Shown here in pieces: positions 39,536 through 51,169 of a DNA stretch of 64,000 nucleotides; the first letter of the stretch is position 1; each line of letters opens with the position of its first letter. Under the pieces are notes generated by a model that searched no databases, had not been told where the DNA came from, and worked only from the letters and a program-made list of their open reading frames with translations. This DNA is from Lama glama (Eukaryota): NCBI GenBank assembly GCA_028534125.1, contig CM052817.1:103356001-103420000 (forward strand). Reading direction: 5' to 3'. The position numbers and the translations under genes are program-made.

Positions 39536-42500
39536 TACTCAAACATTAAGATAACCTGGCATTAACCATAGCAGTTATCCTTGCTCGTGTCCCCAGTCCC
39601 ACAATCAACACTCATTGAGAGACACCTGATCCTTTTAGGGCCTGCCTACTACATGTGGATATCAGTCCTGTTTCCCAAGCACTTGAGTTTTTAAAGGGAA
39701 CTACAAATGAAGTCGTACAAGACACTGCCTCCAGTGGGTGGGTCCACAGCTGGAGTGGGAGAATGGGAAGGTGCACGCTACTCCCTGCGGCTGTGTGTGT
39801 GTGTGTGTGCATGCACACACGTGTGTGTGCGCAGGTGGATGAGTTACACCTGGCTTAAGAAAAAGAGCTAGTCAGTCTAGAAGCTGAAAAATCTGGTAGA
39901 GGGAACAGGGGAAACACTGTGTACTGTAAGACACATCCCCATAATGCCATTTCCCACCATCCTTTCATCAAGAACAGAGTCGGAAAGGGGGGGATTATGT
40001 AGATATGTGCAACCAACACAAAATTTCTGACCATGAAACACCGAGTATCTACATATGTAGCAAGTTAATGATAGTTATATCTGCTTCAAGTTTAATAACT
40101 TAAGTTTACACAGAGAGAAAATATAATATTGAGGACTGGTAAAATTATCACAGAGGGCCTTTCAATGCTCAGAATGGAAGCAAAAGCAGCGCCGCCATAC
40201 AAAGAATGTCATTAAGAGTCAAGAGTGTTTATATTTGCTTAAGAAATTGAGAGTTACAACTTCCTTCATTAAAGAATTAACTTTTAGACAGACACCATAC
40301 AACAAGCAACGTCTATGCTGGTGCTTTCATAAAGCTATTTTTAGTTCCTGCTTTTTCTGATGTACTCCAGAAATTCTGCAAAGAAAAGCTTCTATTCAAA
40401 GGCTTAAAGGAATAAACAAGAAATAACACTGCATTCTTTTAAGTGTTCTCTGTACTGAGAATCACTTACAAATGCAGCACCCTGTCACTGGTCTGCATTT
40501 TCAACAATAAAGTTTTCTACAATTTTCCAATTGCTATGTAATTTTGTGTCAGATGGTCTCTCATTTCGAAGCAGAACGGAGTACCAGAAAATGACACATC
40601 CTGTCTAAAACTACAGATATGGAAGATGAACATACACCAGGAAACAGCCAAGTGGGAGAGAAAGGTTTATGTTTTAAGTTACCATAAGTGCAGTTACACC
40701 TTCTTCTTGCTTCCCTTGTGACGTGAAGAGCTAGTTTTTTTCCAGAAAAGCTCTCATTCTGAGAACTGTCTTCTTTAAAATATCTGGAGATTCCTTTTTA
40801 AGGTTCTTTCACTTTTAAGTCTTTCCCTAACTCTACATCCCATAACCAGTGTTAAATTATCCAGTAGCCTATTGTTAACAAAACATACTCTACAAGAGCC
40901 AAGGTGTTCAAGGGTTTGGATCCCAGAACACTGCTAACAGATAATCTTCAAGCCTTCCTTCCGTAACTGACTCCTCTGCCAATTCCCAGCTGTGGGCAAG
41001 GCTGGCTTTTCAGACCAGGTGACTTGTTAACTCTGCCTAATAACACTCAATTGCCCATAACAGAACCCTCAGACAGGTAGCAAACTCTCTAATAGGGGCT
41101 GCGTCCTTCAAACACTCAAGATGCCATCACCAAGCGAAGATTTAAACCTACTGCAAAAATTCTGAGGCCAACTTAGAAATAACACACAGTTTCTTTAGAT
41201 GCACTCTATGTGCTCTGGAATAGTGATTTCCAACGGAGGGGGAAAGGAACACATGACCCAAGCAATTTTTGTAAACTACACATACCCGTCCCTCTTCACG
41301 TGAGGATTCGGGCAAGCCCGTCTTACAGGTCTAGCTGTAACAGAATGACAGCACCTCTAGGAGTAGGGGTAAAAGGCAGCGAGGTAGACTTTTTGTGAAA
41401 GAGGGTGATGTAATAGGCCCCACCCCCCACTTACCTCCCACCACAGGACAATCATCTTAGATCGAGAACAAACACTTTAGGAAACAGAGATTGTTTATGT
41501 TTTGACAGTTTTCTGGCAAAAACAATGCTCTACGTCCTGTGAAGAGGCAGCTGCAAAACTGAACAGGGGACTAGACGTTTTCACATTCAGGACACAAATC
41601 CTCAGCCCCCGGGTGGCCACCATCTCTGCTCTTCCCTTTGCCTGTTCACCTCAAAAGCTGCAGGACTCCCCTGCTTGCAATGAGTCACCCACCACTTCTC
41701 ACAAATTCCTGCCAAGTTCACATCAGCAGCTGGTGTTTTCAAAGTCACCATTTGTGCTGTGCTGCTCTGAAGTCCCTCCATGGCTTTATATCCCTTCTGT
41801 TTTCTCTGTCGTCTTCCTAGCTGCACTTGCATTCGGAAGCTGGTTACCACACTGACATTGCTTCTCTAATGAGTCCGGGAAATAGGAAGTAGAGATTCAA
41901 CCGGTCCCAGAATACTTGTCATGCCACTCTAGTTTCCCAACCAAATACTCTCACATTCTTCATCTCACCCAAAGAACCACCGCACTACTTAGAGGTTGTA
42001 AAAGTAGAGGGCTCTCCCCACTGGAAACATTGTGGTTTGTGGCAGAGTTTTGCTTTCAGTTTTTGCAATTAGTTACAGGCAAAAAGACATGTTCTGCAAA
42101 TGTTCAAGTGTTTGGAATTTAAACTTTTATTAGGTACAGAGCCAGAAGACTAACTGTAATCTATGAACATATGGTCATATTACCAAATAATGTTCATGTC
42201 TGCCCTACAGACATGTAAGAATTTGAATTATACCTGCGGTCTGCAGAGCTTTAGAATTGGGTGTGAAGCATCCTGTGAGATAAAAAAAACCTCCCATCCA
42301 GTCACAGAACACCTTACAGACAACATCACATTAATGACACTGAATACATTAGTAAAGTCCATGTGTGGCTAAAAGTTACATCTCCAATTTCTCAGAGCTG
42401 GAAAGGAGATGTCTAGAAAAGATGGAAACGCCCAATTGCCAAAACGGCTCAGCAGTTAAAGCAGACTCCTGCACCCCCCAGAGCGGACAGTGGACGGGGC

Positions 42501-43429
42501 ATTGCCCACCACCCTGTCCTCCCCCAGGACGTGGCGTGTGGGGAAGCAGGCAGGACGGGGTGGCTGGGACTCAGAGGTGGAGAGGTGATGAAAGCAGGAG
42601 TGGAACTGCTCTGATCCTAGAACAATAGAGCTGTAAAAAGCTCGGCTTCAGTTCAACCCGCTCCCTCTCCCGCGTTCCCTCCCACCTACGTGACAAACGG
42701 AGCACAGTCAGGCACTTTCTGTCCCTGACAGTGACTACTAGCAGGAGAGGGACCAGGGTAAAAGCATGTCTTATGCAACATCAGTCTGATTTTAAAGACT
42801 CTGTTATAAACAATGAACAGCACTGTCAGAGCGGGACACTTGTGAGGCGCTCGAATAGGGAGGAGGAGGTTGAGGAACCATTTCTAGCATTTCCATGTCT
42901 TTTATCACTCCTATTTCTGATCTTTCTTTCGCCACTTTTCCCAGCATTGCCATCACTGGCAGGTAAGGGGGCAGCAATACGACTTGGCCATGCGGCTGAT
43001 GGGGTTACGTTTCCCAGCACTGGAGTGAAAAGGCACTGGAAGGGGAGCAGAACCAGCTGGAAGATGTGAACCGCGGTCCTGGCCTGTGCCAAACACTGAC
43101 CAGGTGACCCTGGGTTAGGCTCTTAGTCTCTCTGGGCTTCTGGCTGTGTACTTATAAGACAAGGTTTCATCATTCCACAAATATGTCCAATATGAAATGT
43201 AAGGTGAAAGTCAAACATAATGACATCTCACCTGCTTGCCTCAGGGAGCTGTACAGGTACTGAAGACTATGTGAATATAAATGCAGAGTTAAGAAAACTG
43301 TTGAGGTAAAGCGCTAAACTGAACATGGAGTTAAACTTCTATGGATTTTTCTTGGCCTTCTGCAGTTTTAATTGCAACGCTGAATTAAGTTATTAGCTAT
43401 ACTCCACACCACCGCTCCTGTGAATAAAT

Positions 43430-44300
43430 CAAGTAGGCAAGCACTGCCTGGGTGCCCGCTATTGCCCAATGCTAAGCAGGGTGAGGGGTATAAAGGAAGC
43501 TGAACACAGGCGCCTTCTCCAGTTACCAGCTAAGTCAGGAGGCACACTGGAAACCACCCGGGAATGGCACGAAGTCAGTATTCAAAGGCAAGATTACGGG
43601 CTACCGATCATAAAAAGTGCAGGAATACAAAGAGGAGCTAGAAGGAGTTGGAGTAAATAGGGAAGACTCTATGAAGGGGATGGGGCTCCAACTAGTTCTC
43701 AGGGCAATTCTAAGCTGTTTGAACTGAGGACTGGATAGGAAAAGGCTGGAGACTCCTGCCTTATGATGAGGCACAGGTTACCCTAGGAAGTTAAGGCACA
43801 TAATGATTGCAATAGATAAGGTAAGGCCAAAATGATGAAGGGCCAAGACTACCTAGCTGAGAGATCTGGTTGTGGTAAGTCTTTGACTTGACTCTAGATG
43901 TTGGAGGGTCAAAATTGTAGGTGGACTGAAAGGTGGGGAGAGAATATCCAAGAGTTCAACAGAAGGAAAAATTCAGGTTAGCAGGGATGAAAGCTCTTCA
44001 TCAGAGTATCAGCAATCAGAATGGACACTTGAAACCAAGAATGTACAGTTCTGGGAGCTGATAAAATGTGGAGGATGGTGAGAGAAAGAGAAATCAAAGA
44101 CCACTACAAGGCTTTGGGTATCCAGGACCGGAAGAATGATTATCCCACTGAATAAGTGGAGATGCTACAAGTGGAAGTCAGTTCAAGAAAAAGATTATGA
44201 ACACAGTTTAAGACATTTTGAATTTGACGTATGAGCTAAGAGTAGGTGTTCTATAAGAAGCTCAAAATTCAAAACTGAAGCACAGACCTAGAGTCCAGAC
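43430..44300 (-). mobile_element. Degraded L2 fragment
   Basis: Purine-rich antisense L2-like motifs (GAAATCAAAGACCACTACAAGGCTTTGG...AGACATTTTGAATTTGA). Interrupted on the right by an L1. Confidence 0.5.
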
Positions 44301-44318
44301 TTAAGATTTACAGATGGA

Positions 44319-45551
44319 CAAGACATGATAAATCTCCTAGAAGAAAACAAAGGCAAAACATTCTCTGACATAAATCTTAGCAGCGTTCTCCTAGGGCAGT
44401 CTACCCAGGCAATGGAAATAAGGGCAAAAATAAACAAATGAGACCTAATTAAACTCAAAAGCTTTTGCACAGCAAAGGAAACCATAGGCAAAACAAAAGG
44501 ACAACTTATGGAATGGGAGAAAATATTTGCAAATGATGCGACTGACAAAGCCTTAATTTCCAGAATATATGAATAGCTCATACAACTTAATAAGAAAAAA
44601 ACAAGCAACCCAACCCAAAAATGGGCAGAGGACCTAAACAAACAATGCTCCAGTGAAGGCATACAAATGGCCAACAGGCATATGAAAAAATGTTCAATAT
44701 CACCAATTATCAGAGAAATGCAAATCAAAACTACAATGAGGTATCACCTCACACCATTCAGAATGGCATCATTCAAAAGTCCATGAATGATAAATGCTGG
44801 AGAGGGTGTGGAGAAAAGGAAACCCTCCTACACTGTTGGTGGAAATGTAGTTTGGTGCAGCCATTATGGAAAACAGTTTGGAGAGTCCTCAAAATACTAA
44901 AAATAGACTTACCATATGATCCAGCAATCCCACTTCTGGGTATACACATGGAGGGAACTCTAATGTGAAAAGATACATGCACCCCAATGTTCACAGCAGC
45001 ACTATTTACAATAGCTAAGACATGAAAACAACCTAAATGTCCATCAAAAGATGACTGGATAAAGAAGTTGTGGTATATTTATATAATGGAATACTACTCT
45101 GCCATAAAAAATAAAATAATGCCATTTACAGCAACATGGATGACCTGGAGAATGTCATTCTAAGTGAAGTAAGCCAGAAAGAGAAAGAAAAATACCATAT
45201 GATATCACTTATATGTGGAATTCAAAAAAAAAAAAGACACCATGAACTCATCTACAAAACAGAAACAAACTCATAGACATAGTAAAGAATCTTATGATTA
45301 CTGGGGAAAGAGGGTAGAAAGGGATAATTTGGGAGTTTTAGATTTACAAATGTTAGCCATTATATATAAAAATAGGTTTTAAAAGAAGTTTCTTCTCTAT
45401 ACACAGGGAACTATGTTCAATATCTCGTTATAACCTTTAATGAAAAATAATATGAAAATGAATATATGTATGTATATGCACAACTGGGACACTGTGCTGT
45501 ACACCAGAAATTGACACATTGTAATCAACTGTACTTCAGTTAAAAAAGAAA
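44319..45551 (+). mobile_element. 5'-truncated L1 (ORF2 C-terminus + 3' UTR)
   Basis: ORF 44690..44968 peptide [17 protein letters not shown]...[14 protein letters not shown]. 16-bp TSD AAGAT(T/A)TACAGATGGA at 44303-44318 and 45552-45567. Confidence 0.93.
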
Positions 45552-47978
45552 AAGATATACAGATGGAGCCACAACTTACTGATTAATAGCTGAAGAGAAG
45601 AAGTGGACAAGGCCTGCATCTGTGAGAAATAGCTACTGCCAACAGACAGAACCCATATAAGCCAAAAAAGCAATCAACAGAGAGATTACAGTCCCAGTTG
45701 CTCCTCTACTTAAAAGTTTAGGAACGTAACTTAACCTCTGAAAACTAATAATAATAAGAGAGGTTGTTAATAAGGTAGGTTGTTTGCAGAATTAAATGAG
45801 ATAAAGTAATACAGTAAATCACATTTAACCACCTAAAAACTGGAGTGGGAAACCATGAAAAGGTATTGTCATGGAAAGCAAGAGCTTGTTTTTCAAGGCA
45901 GGACCAGAGAAAAGAACTAGTCAAAAAAATACTTTAGCAAATGCCCATAACCTGAAATGTGAGAAAGAAAGCAATACAATGCAAAGTAACAGTAATTGTA
46001 TCATATATTTGTTTACTCTCAGTTTCAACCATGAGGAAAAGGACTTTGTTATGCTTTCTGAGATACTCCCAAAGTCTAGTCATAGCAGACACCCAATATA
46101 TATGAATAAAAAACCCAAACTCCCCCATTATAAGCAGTAAATACATTAAGACTTTGGCAGAATTCTATAGAAGAGCAATTTTCATTCTTTATCACCTTGA
46201 AAGAAACTTCCACCTGATCTTAAGAAAGACATTCACATGTTTTCATAAACACTCTCGGTGTTTACAGCCACAGCTAGGTAAATTTACAGTCACCCCCCAC
46301 AAAAGCACACTTACTAATATTTACTGCATGCCTACTACGTACATGAGAAAATGTAAATTAGAAACAAGAGATTTAGGTCTATTTGGTGGGAGAAGGAGGA
46401 GTGATTTCTCAGAATCTGTAAGACTAATACATAATTGCTACTTATTTTTAGAATCCACTTCTCATGTTCCCAAATGCACTTCAAATTTTTCCTTATATGT
46501 GACACTTTCTTCAACACCCACAGATTCATGTGTCTTTTTTCAACATTAACTTGTAGGCCATTATTGCTCCTAAATATTTTAACTGTCTTTGTCTATTACT
46601 AAGGATATTTGCCTATGATCTGAGAGATGCCCAATTTACACTTAGGACTAAACAAAAACAAGAATATATTCCTATAAAAGACAAACAAATGAATATTGGG
46701 GTGACCTGTGACAAGGTTTCAAATTCTTGGTAATTGAATCTTAGAATTAGAATGAACATTAAAGCTTATCTGGTCCAGTGAATTGCAAATGTCAGGCTTC
46801 AATGAACTTTTTATTGGTCTGTGACGAAATGAGGACAGTGTAGTAAGTTTTCATAAGACTAAACGCATTCAACTTAAGAACTATCCTTTAATCTGAGATT
46901 ATGTCCTTTGTATTGGGAAATGGACACTAAAAGTCCTTTCTTTTACAAAAGAATGATGATATTTGATAATTATTTTATCAATTTTTTTCTCTATTTGGCA
47001 AAATAAAACTTAGCAATTTTATGTTAGACTTCAACTTTTGTTTTGTTTGACTTTACAGTAAGTGAAATCCAAAAGTATGTGAACCTCTGCTCTAATCCAA
47101 CCAACTCTGCACTGCCTAAATCCCTTAGAACACAGTCAACAAGATATTTGTCTGCCTATGCTGAACATCTCTGACATTTAAGAGCCACCAGTGACATGGA
47201 ATCGACTGAAAAAAAAAAATATGGTTGTATATCTGAGGTACACTTACTTAATTTCATGAAGGAAAAGCAGAAAAGCAAGGCTGGTAGAGAGAAAGCCAAC
47301 TTGTGAAAGAGGGCCAGTAGGAAAACGAAGGCCAAGGAAACTCTGCCGTGAGGGGAGGTCAGAGAGATGCACTCTGTCCTATACTCACAGTCTTCCCTCA
47401 ACTTAGTAATTATGAAAATCCTTTACAAAAAATAACTATAAAAACTATAATGTATAAAACATTCCTGGGGTCAGGGCTGATGAGTTTACATTTCCTTTCC
47501 TGTATCTCAGTTTACTGTCTGAGACTCCTCTGCTAACCTACATATAATTTTAGTTGCACACTTTTCAGATTCAATCAGAGGCTAATGTCATATGGTCTTT
47601 ATATTACCCAGACCCCAAAATGTAACAGAATCTAAAAATCACTGATACTCAAGGATGCAAAAAACTATAAACAGAGATATAAAGCCCAATGCCAATCAAC
47701 ATGAGAGTCAGAAAGGATGAGAACTTGGAGGCAAGGAGTGGAAAGAGCAGAAGAGATCAAAAAACTTGATCTCCACAAGCCCACCTGAAAGAACAAGGCA
47801 GCCCTCCATCCCTCCAAGACAATGTAAGACAGGCTGTCAGGGAGCAAGCTGGGGTTTGAAAACAATGCAAAACTGGCTATTAAGACAGAAGCATGAGCAA
47901 AAGCATCACGCTCAGTGCTTGGCAGAGACAGGCATTCAAACATTTGCAGAACAAATGAATTAATAAATGGACACTCAT

Positions 47979-48016
47979 ACAAAGAGGATCTGAGTCCCTA
48001 TTTCCAACCACATCAT
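47979..48016 (-). other. KLHL2: Counterpart of the KLHL2 alternative first coding exon (MMWLEIGTQILFV), lacking a GT donor at the in-frame position
   Basis: Minus strand: ATG ATG TGG TTG GAA ATA GGG ACT CAG ATC CTC TTT GT|ATGAGT. The peptide resembles the human isoform-2 N-terminus MVWLEARPQILFV (recalled). It sits about 2 kb into intron 1. Confidence 0.75.
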
Positions 48017-49699
48017 CCAAGGCACTTTTAAGTCCAAGTCAATCTTCTTTGCCTTAAAGCTCAGGCTAAAAATCTAACCTTATGAAAAACTGATCCCTCT
48101 CAATAAGTGCCACTGACCTCTGTCCTAGCCCAGTTAGCTCCAGCACAGCGAGACTCGAAAAAGCTCCCCTCCCCAAGAACTGCCAGCGCTCAAATCCGGC
48201 ACCCATGATTTGGCGTGGAAGGAAAAACAAGTTATTAGAGTGGAGGCAAACAGACAAAAGGATGGGAAGAAAAACTATTTCTTATGGTACAGAAAGGCAA
48301 AAAACACTATCACGAGTTCTAGGATTAGGGCTAGTCCTAGATAGACCAAATGCAAATAAACTTATTTGTATTTATTATTAAATGAACAGAAACAAAATTT
48401 CTCCAAATTTAGCCACCCATGATCGAAAGGAGTTTTTGTTTTGTTTTGTTTTGTTTTCTTTAACTATTCTACCATCCCTGTTGGCATTTAGGCTTTCCAC
48501 TACATCTCAGCCTTTCACTGTTCTAGCACTACTGAGGGCATCTCAGTACCAAAGACCTGTGCTGTACACCAAAATTATGAGTTGATCTGGTCTAGATTCA
48601 GTTTATCGATATTTGCATACACCCATTTATTTCATTTTTAATTATTTCTATTTAAATCATTTTCTACGTCTCTACTCTTTCCCTCCAGAGCCTGCCTTTC
48701 CACACCCTTTTTTTACCTGCATTCTAATGTCCCCCTTTTCTTTCCTTAAGTTCCCTCTGTTCCAGAAGTAAAAAAAAAAATTAAAAAAAAAGGCGGGGGG
48801 GTGGCATGGAACTGGTATGAAGGGGGCAGGTTTACGGCAGATAACATCCTATGTGGGATATTCTCAATACTTCCAGTTGTCTACGGACAGGTAACGTTTC
48901 CTGCCTTGCATGCCTCTGAGCCTAGACAGAACTCATGTGCTGATGCTGTGCTCCCACTGCTGAAGGATCCACCATCGCGTTTCCTTGACGTTCAGGATCC
49001 TTCCTGAACCTGCTGAAAAACATAACCGAACTGAGCCCTTGTTCCTCCAGCCCAGGGGGGTAAATTCAAGAGTCCTATGTACTCCTTAGATCCTCATGAT
49101 CTGTTCCACTCGAGCTAAAATTTCTGCAAGGCACTTTTAGAAATTGTAGTTCCAGAATCCTATTAGCTCTCCTAAAAGGACTCAACACCAAAAAATTATT
49201 CAGCCTAAGCCCAATATTTATATTTCGGCTGGCACTCTGCCAAATACCCACAAAAGGCTGGTGTGGTACAAATGCCATGGAATCAAGCTGGTCAAATCTA
49301 AGCGCAAAACGATAAAGCTCCAAAAATAAGCTGTCAGGAAGAGGTACACCATTCTTCAGAACGGTATTTGTTTGCGGTTTCAAAAGTCAGATTCAAAGCG
49401 TTCTTCCTTCATAAAGGTTAAACTAAGGAAAGCAAATCAAAATTGAAATGTCCAAAATTCCTGGGGATTTAGAGTCGACTTTTTAACAAAATGCTAAAAA
49501 AGAATCTTGTACTGAATAATGCAGTATCTTCAATGTCTTCCACATAATCGCTCAGTTGTTATTTCTGCAAGCAATTTTGTTGCAGGTGGTCTCGGCTGTA
49601 TTTAGGTACCAAGGAAAAAGACACCTGTGCCTGGCAGGTCGTACACTACTAATTCGCCCAGAGTGCCCGGGAAACAGAAGATGCTGTGATTTCCGAACA

Positions 49700-50830
49700 C
49701 GATTTTCTGCAGTGCCAGGTAAAAGAGGTCACATGCCCTGAACAGCCGCGGCCCGTTCAGAGTGATGTGCAAGCTTCTCTGACAGAATTTTGCTAGGAAT
49801 TCGGAGAAGCAGGTAAGCTGAGAGGAATTCCTCTCCGCACCACCGGCGTCTGTACTTTGCAGCTTCCTTTTCCGACGGCCCCGCACGCATCCCGCGTCTC
49901 CTTCCCGCGGATGCTCGGCCCTCCGGGGGCTCCAGCTGGCCGGCGGAGGACCCTCCCCACACCCCGCGCGGCGACGCCCCGCCCGCCGCCCGGCCCGGTC
50001 CGGCCGCAGCGGCCCCGCCCGCCGCCCGTCCGCTCACTCACGCGGGAGGCCGCGGCGGCGTCTCCATGGCGGCTCCTCTCGGGCTTCAGCTCGCGGGCGC
50101 CCACCGCCGCCAGCACCATTCCAGCCGCGGACGCCGGCCCCGCCCGCCCGCAGCGCCGCGTCCCATTCGCCCGGGCGCCTGCCCGCCCGCCGCCGCCCTG
50201 CACCCGCGCCCGCGCCTGAACCCGCACCAGCGCCGGCGCCGGAGGCTGCCCAGCTCCGCCAGCCCTGCTCGGCAGCCCCGCTCCGCGGGCGCGCTCCGAC
50301 TGCCGGCGCTGCTGGGGGCGGGGCGGCAGGCGGGCACTTCCGGGTGTGACGCGCCCTCGAGGCCCCGCCCCGCCCCGCCCCTTCCTGCTGCCGCCGAGTG
50401 GGTTCCTTAGGGTGGGTCTGCCCTCCGGGACTCGGGGGCCGGAGACGCTGGGCGTGCTTCTGCCGGAAAGCGCGCCGTTCCGGCGCCCAGCGTCCACTGA
50501 CTGCCCGGCTCCGCACGCGCGTTCGCTCCGTCCTCTCCCAGCCTGCGCCCAGGGAGGAGTGCGGGTACGCGACCTTTGCTCTACAGATGGAGAAACTGAG
50601 ACAAGAAGAAATGACTCGCCGATCCTGGGTCCCAATCAGGGACCGGGGTCTCCCTGCTCAGGCTGTGGTCCTCTCGGTGCACCTGCGGGGAGAGGTTTTG
50701 GCGCTTGGACGCGATGCGGAGCAAAACCAGGTCTCCGTGACAGCGGACCTGTTCATCTGGACACGACAAACCCGATGCTTGCCGTGAAGATAGAAAATAA
50801 CCGGGGCGAGGAGACGGATGCTAAATGATG
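49700..50830. promoter_or_regulatory. CpG island / KLHL2 promoter and 5' UTR
   Basis: Abrupt rise in GC and CpG density around exon 1. Tandem GC boxes at 50362-50381, ETS/GABPA-type CCGGAAGTG (minus) at 50335-50343, TGACG half-CRE at 50347-50351. No obvious TATA box. Confidence 0.9.
50042..50067 (-). CDS. KLHL2: KLHL2 coding exon 1 (METPPRPP-A), 26 nt coding
   Basis: Minus strand reads GCCGCC-ATG-G (optimal Kozak), then ATG GAG ACG CCG CCG CGG CCT CCC GC|GTGAGT donor at 50041. It lies in the CpG island. The phase-2 end joins the exon 2 start (GC+A = Ala). Matches the KLHL2 N-terminus as I recall it (human METPPLPPA). Confidence 0.93.
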
Positions 50831-50972
50831 GTTACAGGAAGGGCCTCTCAAACCATGTCATTTAAACAGATGGAACAAAGCGAATCTTGAGTAATGCGAA
50901 GGGTGCTCAGGCAGAGGGAAGAGCAGTGCAAAGACTCTTGGCCTTCGAAGAACCAGGATAGCTCAACGTAAA

Positions 50973-51152
50973 CTGATGGTTCCCGAGTTAGGCCGCTGAA
51001 CAGCAGTAGCATCTGGGAACTTGTTAGAAATGAGAATTCTCCAGGCCCACTTCAGATCTACTGAATCAGAAATTCTGCGGGTGAGGCCCAGCAACCTGAG
51101 CTATAACAAGCCCTCCGGATCATGCTGGTGCCTGCTAAGATTTAAGAACCTG
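50973..51152. mobile_element. MER5A (hAT-Charlie) MITE
   Basis: CAGCAGTAGCATCTGGGAACTTGTTAGAAATG...CTACTGAATCAGAAATTCTG...AACAAGCCCTCC...TTTAAGAACC matches the recalled MER5A consensus. Confidence 0.85.
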
Positions 51153-51169
51153 TGCGGTCTCTGAAGCAG

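Noticed and set aside
47665..47982. 105-aa minus-strand ORF next to the alternative exon, with a CAG|GTGGGC site near 47785
   Set aside because: Different frame from the MMWLEIGTQILFV peptide, no recognisable homology, and a weak donor.
49793..50828. Long overlapping ORFs (up to 280 aa) on both strands
   Set aside because: Stop-codon depletion in a CpG island gives low-complexity G/A/R/P peptides. Only the 26-nt exon 1 and the uORFs have splice or Kozak support.
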